Assembly (NCBI GenBank): GCA_052173735.1
Contig: JBQMYA010000001.1
Coordinates: 28,784 to 92,783 of the forward strand
Direction of reading: 5' to 3'
DNA: 64,000 nt
From: Prevotella sp.
GTDB taxonomy: Bacteria > Bacteroidota > Bacteroidia > Bacteroidales > Bacteroidaceae
Below are positions 39,391 through 50,900 of the stretch, piece by piece (positions within the stretch are counted from its first letter, which is position 1; every line of letters begins with the position of its first letter). The translations under genes were made by a program, and so were the position numbers. The notes beneath the pieces were generated by a model. It was not told the DNA's origin and did not search any database. It worked only from the letters and a program-made list of their open reading frames with translations.

Positions 39391-40428
39391 TTACTCGTCG
39401 AACAAGCCTGCTTCGCTACCCAAACCGCTAAACATTTTGCGACCAAAGTGCCTGTATGCCAATTCGGTTGCCATACGTCCACGAGGCGTACGTTTGATAA
39501 ATCCCTCCATAATGAGGAAGGGTTCGTACACTTCTTCAACCGTTCCAGAGTCTTCTCCGATAGCTGTTGCAATGGTAGACACGCCCACTGGACCGCCTTT
39601 GAACTTGTCGATGATGGTCAATAATATCTTATTATCGATTTCGTCTAATCCATATTGGTCGATATTCAATGCGCTCAAAGCATATTGAGCAATGTCGATA
39701 TTGATGCGTCCGCTACCCTTCACCTGCGCAAAGTCTCTCACTCTTCGAAGTAAGGCGTTAGCAATACGGGGCGTACCACGTGATCTTCCTGCTATTTCTG
39801 CAGCGGCATCGTCGTCGATAGGCACTCGTATAATCGATGCAGAGCGTTTGATGATGCGTGCAATAGTGTCGTTATCGTAATATTCGAGATGCAGATTTAT
39901 ACCAAAACGAGCACGCAATGGAGCTGTTAATAAACCGCTTCGGGTGGTTGCTCCAACAAGTGTAAAGGGGTTAAGGTCTATCTGAATGCTTCGTGCCGAT
40001 GGACCTTTATCGATCATAATATCTATTCGATAGTCTTCCATTGCAGAGTAGAGATATTCTTCTACCACTGCCGATAGTCGGTGAATTTCGTCGATAAACA
40101 ACACATCATTAGGCTCGAGTGAGGTCAAAATACCTGCCAAATCGCCTGGTTTGTCGAGCACTGGTCCACTGGTTATTTTAAAACCTACACCCAACTCGTT
40201 AGCAATGATGTTGCTAAGGGTGGTTTTTCCAAGTCCGGGAGGGCCGTGAAGAAGAGTGTGATCTAATGGTTCTCCACGATATTTTGCAGCCTCTACGAAT
40301 ATTTGAAGATTGTCTACAACCTTTTGTTGACCACTAAAATCGGCAAATTTCGGTGGTCGTAACGCATTCTCAAAATCCTTTTCTGCTGGTGAATACTTTT
40401 CTTCTCTTATATCAAACTCTTCTGTCAT
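39391..40428 (-). CDS. ruvB: Holliday junction branch migration DNA helicase RuvB
   Basis: Walker [10 protein letters not shown], Walker [10 protein letters not shown], sensor motifs. I take the Met at 40428 ([11 protein letters not shown]…[12 protein letters not shown]) rather than the ORF-track start at 40467. Confidence 0.93.
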   Translation of the reverse strand: MTEEFDIREEKYSPAEKDFENALRPPKFADFSGQQKVVDNLQIFVEAAKYRGEPLDHTLLHGPPGLGKTTLSNIIANELGVGFKITSGPVLDKPGDLAGILTSLEPNDVLFIDEIHRLSAVVEEYLYSAMEDYRIDIMIDKGPSARSIQIDLNPFTLVGATTRSGLLTAPLRARFGINLHLEYYDNDTIARIIKRSASIIRVPIDDDAAAEIAGRSRGTPRIANALLRRVRDFAQVKGSGRINIDIAQYALSALNIDQYGLDEIDNKILLTIIDKFKGGPVGVSTIATAIGEDSGTVEEVYEPFLIMEGFIKRTPRGRMATELAYRHFGRKMFSGLGSEAGLFDE

Positions 40429-40432
40429 GCTA

Positions 40433-40440
40433 CAAAGATA
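40433..40440 (-). promoter_or_regulatory. -7 box (TATCTTTG on minus strand) 4 nt upstream of the ruvB ATG
   Basis: Minus strand reads TATCTTTGTAGCATGACAGAAGAG, so the box abuts the start codon. Confidence 0.4.
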
Positions 40441-40564
40441 GTGCAAAATTTTGATTAAGACCACCAAAACAACAAGTTTTTAGCCTTGCCATTGCACCCC
40501 AAGAACTTGCTCAACACCATGCCTTTGGATACCCTTTACACCGCCTTTATGCACATACATCCAA

Positions 40565-40652
40565 CAAGCGCAATGCTTTTACCTGGCAATAGCAATGCTT
40601 TTATCCCTCAATTGCAACGCTTTTGCTCTTCAATATCAATGCTTTTACAAAC
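40565..40652. repeat. 22-bp tandem unit block I (4 units, 88 bp)
   Basis: caagcgcaatgcttttacctgg / caatagcaatgcttttatccct / caattgcaacgcttttgctctt / caatatcaatgcttttacaaac. Confidence 0.9.
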
Positions 40653-40854
40653 GGGTGTTTTAACTATGCCTAAACAAGGGAAATGCAATAGGAAAACGAG
40701 GGCTACATTGAAGGTGAATAAAAGGTGCAAACAAGAAGGATAAAAGAGGGATAAAAGAAAAACGATACACCTCTTTTCGTTGAAAGAAATGCACCGTTAT
40801 ATGTTGTTTAATTGGTTCTGAAATGAACCGAGTTCTATGCAAATGCGGAGTGTT

Positions 40855-43704
40855 TTACTTTTCCCATTGTTTCTTTTCTGGGTCGATTGCCTTCACAACA
40901 ATCTCTCTGTGCTTGGCATTGTCGAACACCTTAGTTGCAACTGCGGCAATGTCTTGAGGGGTTAGCTTATTAAACACTGGCTCAACGGCATTGCTTTCTT
41001 GTGGTGTTAGCTGCTCGTCTGTTTCTGCATATACGTTTAATAAACCTAACCAAAGCGATGGATTAAGAGCCGATTGTGGGTCGCCTTCGCTCTCTTCGTC
41101 TACTGCAAGTGGAACAAGAGCTGCCTTAAACTCGTCTATTGAGAAGCGTTGTTGCTTGATATCGTTAAGAATGCTGTACATTTTTGCTAACACCTTGTCT
41201 ACTTCAGGACGTGAGGTTGAAAGGTGAATGCTGATGTTTTCTGCCGTAGCTGGTTGCGAAGTGTAACTGGTTTTCACACCAACAGTGTAGGTAAGGTGTT
41301 CTTTCTCTCGCAATTCTTCAAAGTAACGGTTTTCTAAAATAGAACGCATCACCTCTAAAGCTGCTTGCTCTTTGTCGGTGAGTTTTACGTTATTGAGATA
41401 AGAAACCTCTATTTCTGCCATGTCACCATCGAGATCTGTAACGAAAGTATGCTTTATTTCTTTTGCATCTGAAGCGAAATCGAGTGACTGAACCTTTGGT
41501 TTTTGAACGCTTGCATCGCCTTTTAACGAGCCAATATATTTCAACACAAGTTCTTTTGCAGTGCTTTCTGGCACGTCGCCCACTAAACAATAAGTGAAGA
41601 GAGCTGCGTTACCGAAGTTTTTATCGAATGTTGCAGGTAACTCGCTCCATTGCATTTGATCGAAGAAAGCTTCGTTTTGCACTGGATTAGCTGCGCTTGG
41701 TGGGAAAAGAAGCATTTGAATTGAATCTTGAATGGCTTCCATTCCTGCTGTACTCTTGTTGTTATAGAGGTACTTACTGCGTTGAACATACTTATCGAAG
41801 ACGCTCTTTGAGAAGTTGTGCTTGGTTAAAATGAGGTGCACATAAGCCAAAAAGTCGCCTAATTGTGTTGCCGATGTGTTGCCACCGATGCCATTCGAAT
41901 AGTCTTCGAGTGCCAAAGAAAGATCGAAGTCTTTGTTTTGTAGCCACGCAGCAAGGTCGTTTCTACTATATTTATACACGCCCGACTGCATCAACAAACC
42001 ACGCATTGCAGTGTAGTTGGCAAAATGTTGTGGAGCAACAACAGAGCGACCTCCTTCTGAAGAGGCTGCAAAGAACACACGTTCCTTTGCTTCTGGAAGA
42101 TACTTATACAACACTCGTGCGCCATTGCTTAGCTTCCATTCTTTTGCATTCAATTCTTTTAGTTGCTTTTCAGACACTATTTTTCCCGAAGTGAGTGGAA
42201 AATCGATGAGTTGAGTGACGTTTTGAGTATCTGAAAAGAGTTCTGCTATTTGTCCGTTGCTTGTCTTCAAAGCCTCGACAAAGTTGTTTTCAGTGAGTGA
42301 AAGTTCATTGGCTTTCTTTGAATAAGTGATAAACGAGAGGTTATCATTATTCAAAAGATGGCGCATCCACGCATTGATATCTTCTACTTCTAACTCTACT
42401 AACGACTCGATATTGCGCTGAATTTGTGCTCTGAAATCAATTATTGGAGTGTTGTATAAAAAGTTTTGCTTAAAGAGATTCATTATATTATCGGGCGTTC
42501 CCAAGCCTTTTGCCTCTAAAACGTCTTTCATTCCCTTATACATTGCCGACTTTTCAGCTTCGAATTCACTCTTTCCAAATCCTTTATCACGCAAAGCTCC
42601 ACGCACATTCATGATCTGTTGCAATGCTTCTTGCGCCTTGTTGTTATAAGGAACTACGTCCCAAGCCACTTGATATTGATTTCTTACCAAAGCAGAAAGA
42701 CTCACTTCTGCTGCGATAAAAGCTTCTTTATCGGCATTTTTAATCATTGCAAAGCGACGAGGAGCAAGCTTATTGAACATCTGTGTGAAGAGAAAGAAGC
42801 GCAAACGGTCTTCTTCTGGCATGTTACCTTTCATCTCTTTGCGTTGGTAAACGCCCAAAGAAGCCTCTTTATTTTCTTTATCTACAAAGCTATAAAATAA
42901 GGGATTACTATTATTCTCGATAGCTCTTGGATCGGTTGATGATGTTGATGCAACCTTAGAAGGAAGTGAACCAAAGATGCGTTTCACTTGTTTTTCGGTT
43001 TCATCTAAATTGACATCACCAATAATAGCTACAAACTGAAGATTGGGACGATACCATTTATCGTAGAACGCACGCAACTCTTTTGCTGTGAAAGCTTTGA
43101 TGCGAGCCTCTGAACCGATTACATTGCGGGTTGCATAGCGTGAATGATTGTAAACAACATTAGCGATGCTATCGGTTAATCGGCGTTGAAGTCCTGCACG
43201 ATGTCGCCATTCTTCTAACACAATACCACGTTCTTTTTCAACGTCTTTAGGCAATATTTTAATGCCATGACACCAGTCTTTAAGCACCAACAGCATCTTT
43301 TCGTTGAGCTTTGCATCGTTGGTGGGAACGTTATGAACGGCATATTTAGTTTCGTCTAAGCCTGTGTAAGCCTCAAAGTCGTGTAGATTGTTTTGACGAA
43401 GAAATGACATCACACCTTCAGAAAAATGATCTGTGGTGTTAAATGCTAAGTGTTCGAGGAAGTGAGCCAATCCTGTTTCGTTGTTTTCTTCGAGCACTGC
43501 GCCCACGTTTTGATAAAGATAATATTGTGCTTCGCCTGGAATACTGCCGTCGTTATATATATAATAGGTTAAACCATTGGGCAACTTGCCTTGTCGAAGG
43601 ACGTTGCTTTGCGCCCAAAGGTATTGAGGCAATAGACTAACAAAAAGCAAAACACCTGCTAAAAGCCAATGGTTTGCCAAATGAAATGTGTGTTGTTTAT
43701 TCAT
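40855..43704 (-). CDS. M16-family (insulinase/pitrilysin-like) zinc peptidase, secreted, double M16 module
   Basis: About 950 aa. HFLEHLAF (H-x-x-E-H) motif and signal-like N-terminus. I prefer the start at 43704 (MNKQHTF…) because the first 12 ORF-track codons overlap a long inverted repeat. Confidence 0.85.
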   Translation of the reverse strand: MNKQHTFHLANHWLLAGVLLFVSLLPQYLWAQSNVLRQGKLPNGLTYYIYNDGSIPGEAQYYLYQNVGAVLEENNETGLAHFLEHLAFNTTDHFSEGVMSFLRQNNLHDFEAYTGLDETKYAVHNVPTNDAKLNEKMLLVLKDWCHGIKILPKDVEKERGIVLEEWRHRAGLQRRLTDSIANVVYNHSRYATRNVIGSEARIKAFTAKELRAFYDKWYRPNLQFVAIIGDVNLDETEKQVKRIFGSLPSKVASTSSTDPRAIENNSNPLFYSFVDKENKEASLGVYQRKEMKGNMPEEDRLRFFLFTQMFNKLAPRRFAMIKNADKEAFIAAEVSLSALVRNQYQVAWDVVPYNNKAQEALQQIMNVRGALRDKGFGKSEFEAEKSAMYKGMKDVLEAKGLGTPDNIMNLFKQNFLYNTPIIDFRAQIQRNIESLVELEVEDINAWMRHLLNNDNLSFITYSKKANELSLTENNFVEALKTSNGQIAELFSDTQNVTQLIDFPLTSGKIVSEKQLKELNAKEWKLSNGARVLYKYLPEAKERVFFAASSEGGRSVVAPQHFANYTAMRGLLMQSGVYKYSRNDLAAWLQNKDFDLSLALEDYSNGIGGNTSATQLGDFLAYVHLILTKHNFSKSVFDKYVQRSKYLYNNKSTAGMEAIQDSIQMLLFPPSAANPVQNEAFFDQMQWSELPATFDKNFGNAALFTYCLVGDVPESTAKELVLKYIGSLKGDASVQKPKVQSLDFASDAKEIKHTFVTDLDGDMAEIEVSYLNNVKLTDKEQAALEVMRSILENRYFEELREKEHLTYTVGVKTSYTSQPATAENISIHLSTSRPEVDKVLAKMYSILNDIKQQRFSIDEFKAALVPLAVDEESEGDPQSALNPSLWLGLLNVYAETDEQLTPQESNAVEPVFNKLTPQDIAAVATKVFDNAKHREIVVKAIDPEKKQWEK

Positions 43705-43730
43705 AAACAAAGGAATATTGAGAAAAAAGA

Positions 43731-43808
43731 AACGAGCCAATTAAAAAGAATAACATTATAATGTTAATACTGTTCGATATAAAAAAGAACGCTTTTAATT
43801 GGCTCGTT
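43731..43808 (-). terminator. Long inverted repeat (16 bp perfect arms) between the thioredoxin-like and M16 genes, with nested palindrome
   Basis: AACGAGCCAATTAAAA (43731-43746) pairs with TTTTAATTGGCTCGTT (43793-43808). The loop holds the 16-bp palindrome TAACATTATAATGTTA (43751-43766). The minus-strand tail is TTTCTTTTTTCTC. Confidence 0.45.
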
Positions 43809-43819
43809 GATCTTAAAAT

Positions 43820-45148
43820 TTATTTTTCGAGTAATTCAAGTGTAGCAAGTTTCTGCTTAATAGCACCTTGAACCATTGCTTGTGGCATTTCCATATTCTC
43901 CATTCTGAGCGACTCTGCGAAGCCTTGGTTATAGTATTCACGAGCCTTGCTATAGTTTTTCAGCGCACGATAAGAATCGCCAATCATCACAATATAGTTC
44001 ACTCTGTCCATCACTGCATCGTCTCCTTGAAGAGCTTTTGTTACCCATTGGATAGCTTGTTGATGGTCTTCGTTTTTCAAACTCTTTGCAGCTGCATTGT
44101 AAAGGTTCTGTGCTGCCTTGCCAAAGTCGGATGGTTGAGCAGAATTTCCCATCTTTTCGAACAACTGTTGCATTGCCTTGATATACCCTTTAACGTCTTT
44201 GTTCTTATAAAGATTATACAAAGCATCGTTATAAAGCTGTGCATGCTCGTAAGAATTAACGCCTGGTTGAGCAATAATGCTATAAGCTTTTGCATAAAGA
44301 TTCTTTACGTTGTTGACATATTCTTTATACTTAATGTTAGCTTCTTTAGCATAGTCTTCTGCAAAAGCATCGTTTGCTTCAACAATATAGAAAGCTGGTG
44401 CCTTGCCAAGAGCTTTGGTCCACTCTTCGATATTGCTGTTAATCATGTTCACAACCCCTAACTTGTGCTCTTTATTATCTTCGCCTTCGAGGGTGAGAAT
44501 GATGCGATAGTCGTTAGCATTAACAAGCTCTTTAGGGTTCTTTGTTGCCACATAGTTGTGGTATATCTTTTGAATTCGAGTCACCCACTTATCTGCTTCG
44601 ATACCATCTTGTGCCTGCAAGAAGCTGGGAGCCTTAAGAAGTAGTTCTTGTTGAACGGCTAAGTCTTCTGGATTAGCTTTGTACTTCTTATATAAGTCGT
44701 CGAAACTTACACTCTCGCCTGCTGCAATTTGAGCCGCATCTAATAGCTCTTGCTTGTTCAAAGCACCTACATTGACCGATAAAGGCTTTCCGTCTGCATC
44801 AATAAATGCCACAGTTGGATAGGCTTCTACCTTATATTGTTTAGCTATTTCTACGTTTTCTGGCTTCTCTGCATCAATCTGTAAGCTGATGAAGTGCTTG
44901 TTGATATAGTTTCCTACCTCTTCTAATGTAAACACATTCTTTGCCATTTGCTTGCAAGGAACACACCAAACAGCATAAAAATCCACGAAAAGAGCCTTGT
45001 TAGTTTTCTTTGCTTCGGCTAAAGCTTCAGCGAAACTACCATTAAAGAACACAATTCCTTTATTGCCCACAGAGGCATTATTATTTGCTGTTTGTGCCTT
45101 TGCCACCAATGAAAGGAGTGCAAATAGCATTAAAAATATCTTCTTCAT
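43820..45148 (-). CDS. Secreted thioredoxin-fold protein (CxxC = WCVPC) with helical/TPR-like C-terminal region
   Basis: 442 aa. Signal peptide MKKIFLMLFALLSLVAKAQ, thioredoxin motif FYAVWCVPCKQM, C-terminal repeats (…DSYRALKNYSKAREYYNQ…). Confidence 0.8.
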   Translation of the reverse strand: MKKIFLMLFALLSLVAKAQTANNNASVGNKGIVFFNGSFAEALAEAKKTNKALFVDFYAVWCVPCKQMAKNVFTLEEVGNYINKHFISLQIDAEKPENVEIAKQYKVEAYPTVAFIDADGKPLSVNVGALNKQELLDAAQIAAGESVSFDDLYKKYKANPEDLAVQQELLLKAPSFLQAQDGIEADKWVTRIQKIYHNYVATKNPKELVNANDYRIILTLEGEDNKEHKLGVVNMINSNIEEWTKALGKAPAFYIVEANDAFAEDYAKEANIKYKEYVNNVKNLYAKAYSIIAQPGVNSYEHAQLYNDALYNLYKNKDVKGYIKAMQQLFEKMGNSAQPSDFGKAAQNLYNAAAKSLKNEDHQQAIQWVTKALQGDDAVMDRVNYIVMIGDSYRALKNYSKAREYYNQGFAESLRMENMEMPQAMVQGAIKQKLATLELLEK

Positions 45149-45216
45149 ATTCGTTCTTTGTGTTATATGATTCGTTTATAAACAGCCTATTCTAGGCTCA
45201 TCTCTTTCTTTTCGGT

Positions 45217-45678
45217 TTATTCTTCATCTTGAACAATGACCTTAAAGATGTTGCTTAGCACGCTAGAATGGTCGTCGTTATAGACTCTTATGCTTATAGT
45301 ATAAGTACCATTCGACAACTTTTCAACAGCATCTTGAAAGACAAGAACAAGTCCACCATCTACTCTTATTCTCTTTTCTTTCACTAATTGCTCGAAAGCA
45401 GTAGCGTCACCACCGTCAGAAGTCTCTACTCCTGCAAACTCATAGTTAAGTGGATTGGTTCCAGCTACACCTTGAATGCGGGTAGATATCCATGGAGTTT
45501 TATTGATAAAACGATCGCTTTCAGTATCAAGATGACGAGCAACAATCATCGAGTCTGGTGTAAATGAAGCACTAGAGGTTCGTAAATAGCCCACTTTTAC
45601 CTTGCTACACGATGTGACGCAGATAGTAAGAATAGCAAAAAGTGCTACTAATGTGATATTTAGAGTTCTTTTTTTCAT
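45217..45678 (-). CDS. Small lipoprotein of unknown function (SusC/D locus accessory)
   Basis: 153 aa. Lipobox-type signal …AILTICVTSC. Lies 3 nt downstream of the preceding lipoprotein gene. Confidence 0.6.
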   Translation of the reverse strand: MKKRTLNITLVALFAILTICVTSCSKVKVGYLRTSSASFTPDSMIVARHLDTESDRFINKTPWISTRIQGVAGTNPLNYEFAGVETSDGGDATAFEQLVKEKRIRVDGGLVLVFQDAVEKLSNGTYTISIRVYNDDHSSVLSNIFKVIVQDEE

Positions 45679-45681
45679 AAA

Positions 45682-46326
45682 TTAAAAGTCTTTTAAACTA
45701 AAGTTATAATCAAGTGAATGTACCACACCTGTAAGCGTTTGGATGTTAGAGGATGCCACATGTGAGGTTTTTGTTGTTGAACTTGAAACAAGATATATTT
45801 GCAATGGTCCTGCATTAGGCACATTGTTATAACTTTCTCTAAATGTATAAATCCATAAAGGGTTGTTTGATGCCATAATAAAGGTTTCGCCTCCTTGTCC
45901 TATTGGATTATTAACATCTGTAGACTTAACTCCTGTTTTGAATTCATCTAACATGATTCTCTTAGGCAGAACACTATTCAGAATGAATGTTTTGCAGTCT
46001 TCTACAGGAATATCTGCCACACTATCTAATCCATTAGCATACAAATAGCGACGTATGCTATGGTTGGTTATGCCAAAGAAAGTGATGTCTTTGCCATAAG
46101 AACTGGTGCCTTGGAATAGTGAAACCAAGTCTGCACGCTTAGCCATAACACGCAATGAATCCCAATTATAAGGATCGGTAGCAAAGTAATCCCACATAGT
46201 TGTTTTGTGATCGCCATTTGCCACACCAGTATCTATTAAGTTATAATCGGTACAACTGGTTGCCATAAAAGTAGAAGCAACAAACGAAAGTGCACCAAAG
46301 AAATATTTTATATTCTTCATTTTCAT
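45682..46326 (-). CDS. Lipoprotein of unknown function (SusC/D locus accessory; weak fasciclin-like resemblance)
   Basis: 214 aa. Signal/lipobox …FMATSC. Lies 20 nt downstream of the SusD-like gene. Any fold assignment is tentative. Confidence 0.55.
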   Translation of the reverse strand: MKMKNIKYFFGALSFVASTFMATSCTDYNLIDTGVANGDHKTTMWDYFATDPYNWDSLRVMAKRADLVSLFQGTSSYGKDITFFGITNHSIRRYLYANGLDSVADIPVEDCKTFILNSVLPKRIMLDEFKTGVKSTDVNNPIGQGGETFIMASNNPLWIYTFRESYNNVPNAGPLQIYLVSSSTTKTSHVASSNIQTLTGVVHSLDYNFSLKDF

Positions 46327-46346
46327 TTCTTTTGAATTCTAATGTA

Positions 46347-47894
46347 TTAGTTGTAAGCTTGCCAATAGGGCTTTTGACGTAGAAGGTTGTTGGTGATATG
46401 TCCATCTCTATCTTGCCAAGCATCTTTAGGAAGTGGCAAGAATAGGGCACCATTCTTTATATCTTGTGGTGTGAGCAACTGGAATTTACCCTGCAACTCT
46501 TCCTTAATATAATTGTTTCGCACAATATCTGCATAGCGAGCATCATTCTCTCCGATAAATTCTTTCACTCTTTCGAGATATATAGCCTTCTTTAATCCCT
46601 CTGTATCGTATGTTGATGGATAGGTTAAAGCCCCTGCTCTTGTACGTATTGTATTCAAGTCTGTGGTTGCATCAGCAATATTTCCGAGCTTATTATTGCA
46701 TTCTGCACGCAACAAAATGATGTCTGCTAAACGCCAATAAACATAGTCTGCATCGATTGTTCTATAGCTTTTACCACTAGGAGAATACTGATCAGGATCC
46801 ATTATCGCCTTTCTGAACTTATACATGACTGCATATTCAATGCCGTTTGTTTCATGACTTTGATCGAACTGATAGAAAAACGCTTGCAAACGTTGGTCGG
46901 TTGCATCAGGAAATAAATTACTTATTGTTTGTTTATATAGACTAAATTGTGTACTTGTGGGCAAATCGGCTAATTGTTGGTCTTCTCTTACAGGCCAACT
47001 CACGTAATTTCGTGCAATTTCGTTAGGTGAAGTTACATCCGAAGAGCGCGTTTTGTCGAAGTAAAGACTAAATATTGCCTCTGGATTCTTTTTGCTAGGA
47101 TCAGATAAATATTCGCATAATTCCTCTGGAGTGCTACACAATTGATAAGTTCCTACTTGGTTATTAATGATAATAGAAGCATAGCTCACAGCATTTTTAT
47201 AATCCTCTTGTGCATTACCTTTAAGCGAATACAACTCTGTTACACTACCTCTCCAAGCATATAAGTGTGCCAATAGCGCAGCAGCAGTACCTTTAGAAGC
47301 AACTTGTCTGTTAGTTATTGTTGCACCATTTATATCCTTTAAGTTCTCATAAGTAGGCAACATATCGTATGCTTTCTTTGCATGTTCAATGGCAGTATTA
47401 AGCACTTCTTCTTGAGAAGATAATGAATAAGCTTTAATCGTACTCGAATTGTCTGTGATAATAGCTTCTCCATAACGTTGAGCAAGTATGAAATAAGCCA
47501 AACCTAAGCCAAATTCAGCTTGTCCTTTATGATAGTTTTCACGCTCAGTTGTTAATCCTTGCGTTCTATAAATATTATCTAATAAAAGATTTGACTCAAA
47601 TATTAAATCGTATAAGCCTTTCCATGAATACTCACTATTCATGATTGTGCGTGGGTTCCATTCACGAATTTGTGTTCCATCTAATAGTGCATCGGCTTTA
47701 ACTCCTGCCGAAGCGAATATTGAATTGGCACCTATTGTTGTATTAATATAAAATAGAATTGACGAAGTTGTGGTATTTAACTCTCGCTCACTTTCAAAAG
47801 AATTAGTGTATGTCAATCCATTTTCTGGTAATATATCTAGATTACACGATGCAAAGGTTAAGCCCAAAGCACCTATAAGCAATAATTTCTTCAT
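46347..47894 (-). CDS. SusD/RagB-family nutrient-binding outer-membrane lipoprotein
   Basis: 515 aa. Lipobox LTFASC. Helical TPR-like core ending with the typical …YWRLADIILLRAEC… and C-terminal …RQKPYWQAYN pattern. Lies immediately after a SusC-like gene. Confidence 0.9.
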   Translation of the reverse strand: MKKLLLIGALGLTFASCNLDILPENGLTYTNSFESERELNTTTSSILFYINTTIGANSIFASAGVKADALLDGTQIREWNPRTIMNSEYSWKGLYDLIFESNLLLDNIYRTQGLTTERENYHKGQAEFGLGLAYFILAQRYGEAIITDNSSTIKAYSLSSQEEVLNTAIEHAKKAYDMLPTYENLKDINGATITNRQVASKGTAAALLAHLYAWRGSVTELYSLKGNAQEDYKNAVSYASIIINNQVGTYQLCSTPEELCEYLSDPSKKNPEAIFSLYFDKTRSSDVTSPNEIARNYVSWPVREDQQLADLPTSTQFSLYKQTISNLFPDATDQRLQAFFYQFDQSHETNGIEYAVMYKFRKAIMDPDQYSPSGKSYRTIDADYVYWRLADIILLRAECNNKLGNIADATTDLNTIRTRAGALTYPSTYDTEGLKKAIYLERVKEFIGENDARYADIVRNNYIKEELQGKFQLLTPQDIKNGALFLPLPKDAWQDRDGHITNNLLRQKPYWQAYN

Positions 47895-47900
47895 ACTTTT

Positions 47901-50900
47901 TTAAAACTTTAGATTAACACCGAATGTGATTTTACGATTCAAAGGATATTGTGTTCCATCATCTTTTCCAGTGTAAGGATTGATAATTTCTGGGTCTAAA
48001 CCAGAGTAATTGGTTAACAAAAAGAGGTTTTCACCACTTAAATAAAGGTTGATATCTTTAATAAAGAATCCTTTAAGCCATTTTTGGGGTAACTGATAAC
48101 CAACTACTAGCTGTTTAAGACGAATAAAACTAATATTCTCTATATTTGAATCTACATTGCCATCGAACTGACCAATATAATCTTTATCAGCATAACGAAG
48201 TGAAGGATACTTAGCATTTGTATTGGTAGGAGTCCAGAAATCACTCTTATTAAAGCCATTCATAATCACTCCGAACTCTTTAGTAAAGGTGTAAGAACCG
48301 CCTTTATACATATTCATTACTTTTCTTCCAAGAGTATAACCAAATAGAATATCAATATTAAAGCCATTCCATTCGAGGTGAGAATTGATTCCTCCATACA
48401 CTGCTGGCAATGTACTTCCTGCATAATAAAGGTCTTTTTCGTCGATAACTCCATCAGAGTTTTGGTCCTTTATTTTTCTTCCTCCTACTCCTAGCGGGTT
48501 ATTTGCCGACTGAAAGTATAGCGGCATCAACTTACCTGTTGAGCTATAATAGGTAGGAACATCTTCTTCTCTTTGCACAATGCCCTCATCTTTATAGGTA
48601 TAAATACCATAAACGGGACGTCCAAGCACCTTATCATTAAGGTCTTCACCGTTATATGTCTTTCTTAACATATTGCGATTGTGACTTAAATTGAATCCAA
48701 CAGACCAATTGATCTTTTTATTACGAATCAAATCTGCTTGCATTTCGAACTCTATTCCTTCATTAGATATTGCTGAAGCGTTATCCCATACACGGTCTGC
48801 TAGAAAGACATTGCCTGGAAGATATGCTTGCATTAATAGCTTACTTGAGTACTTATAATAGTAATCTATTTTGAATTTAAGACGATAATCGAGCAACTGA
48901 AGGTCTAAACCTAAATCATATTGATCGCTTTCTTCCCATGTTAGCTTTTTATTTGCCATTGATTGAGGAATCACTCCCAATGTTCCATCAAACACATTAC
49001 TTTCTTGCATCACACCTAGAGCGATGTATGGTTCTTGGAACTTTTGTCCAGATTTACCCCAAGAGGCACGTAATTTACCAAAGCTTAGCCACCAAAGCTT
49101 TTTAAAATAAGGTTCTTCTGTGAACGCCCAACCTAGTCCAACAGATGGGAAAGTACCCCAACGCACATCTTTTCCAAACACACTTGAGCCGTCTGAACGT
49201 AGTGATAGTTCTGCAAGATATTTCTTTTTATAGTTATAAGCCACACGACCAAGGAAACTTAACATTGCTTGCTCTTCTTTATTTGCTAAGAATGTTTGTG
49301 CTGCTTTACCATCTTTTGTAAGAGTTGGCCATCCTTCTCCAGGATATTTCACTCTATTTGTTGGTCCTCCTTTAGCCGTTCCGCTAAGGTTTTGAAGTAA
49401 ATCATAGTTGTATGTCATACCAGCTAACAACTCTAATTTCTGATCATGAGGCAGATTTAGATTGTATGTAAGAAGATTTTCGGTTTGAGCACCAGTCATT
49501 GCAATATTCGAACCTTGTGCTTCAGACAACAAATCGTATTTTAGATAATTTGGAGTGAAGGTATAAATACGTGTAAAATAATGATCTAACGAGAATGTAG
49601 AAGTAAATTTCAAGCCTCTAAGAATTTGATAATTAAGTCCTAAACTCATTCTCATATTATAGTTAGAGTTGGTTTTATCAATTTCACGCAACTGTTTAAG
49701 AGCTTCTTTTTCTGCAATACTTCCTTTACCTGGAAGTAGAGTTGATGTTCGTTTTGGATCGAAAGTAAGACCTTGAACACGTCCCATATCCGAGCCTGCC
49801 TTTTGAGTTGTGTAGGTTAAGTTAAGTCTTGTAAAGAAGTTTAGCTTTGTAGATAGGTTAAAATCTAAATTTGTTAACAAACTATATCTACGGAAATTAG
49901 AGCTAATCATGATACCTGTTTCGTCATAAACGCCACCATTTACAAGATAACGCACATTTTCTGTGCCACCCGAAAGCTGTATGTCTGCTTTGGTAACACG
50001 TCCAACTCTAAACGCATATTTCCACCAATTGGTTCTATTATTATAAAAGGTATTGAGCGAGTCTTGTGCAATTGAAGGCAAACGTCTATCTCCTTCCACC
50101 ACATTACCATTTCTCCACAAATAGTCATAGGCTCCATCTCCATCAATATCCCAACCATATGAATCTTTATAAGATTTGGGATAAATCAGTTTATCGGTCA
50201 TATAATCATAGTGAGCACCACGCTGTTGCTTTGCCATTAGCAAGGCAATGTCTCTTTCTCCTTTACCTAATATCTGTGTAGGAGTACTTGGTAGCCATGA
50301 AAGCGATTGCGAAACGTTGATATTTACTTCCGACTTGCCTGCCTTACCCTTTTTAGTTGTAACCAAGATAACACCATTTCCTGCTCTCGAACCATACAAA
50401 GAAGCCGAAGCAGCATCTTTCAACACCTGCACACTCTCAATACTTGAGGGGTCTAAGCCCGACAATGGGTTGATACCTCCTGTGTTTTCAGAAGATCCAT
50501 TCGTTACAGGTACACCATCGATAACAAACAATGGACTTCCATCATTAACGCCTTTTTGGTTCAATGAGCTAAAACCACGAATCGTAATCTTTGATCCTCT
50601 ACCACCAGGAGAACCCGAAAGGTTACTAATATCCACACCAGCCATGCGACTTTGAAGAAGATTTTCCATGCTTGCCGATGGTGTTTTTTGAAGGTCTTCA
50701 GCCTTAACCGAAGCTATAGCACCCACCTGTTCACGGGTATTTCGTTTACCATAAGCAATAACCGACACCTCGCCCACCATATAAGCAGATGAAGGCAGGG
50801 TTACTGTTAACGATTTATTAGTATCGTATTTTATAGTTTTTGTTTCATAGCCCACGCTCGAAACAGTTACATCGCCATGCTCTTTGTTTACAAGAAGAGT

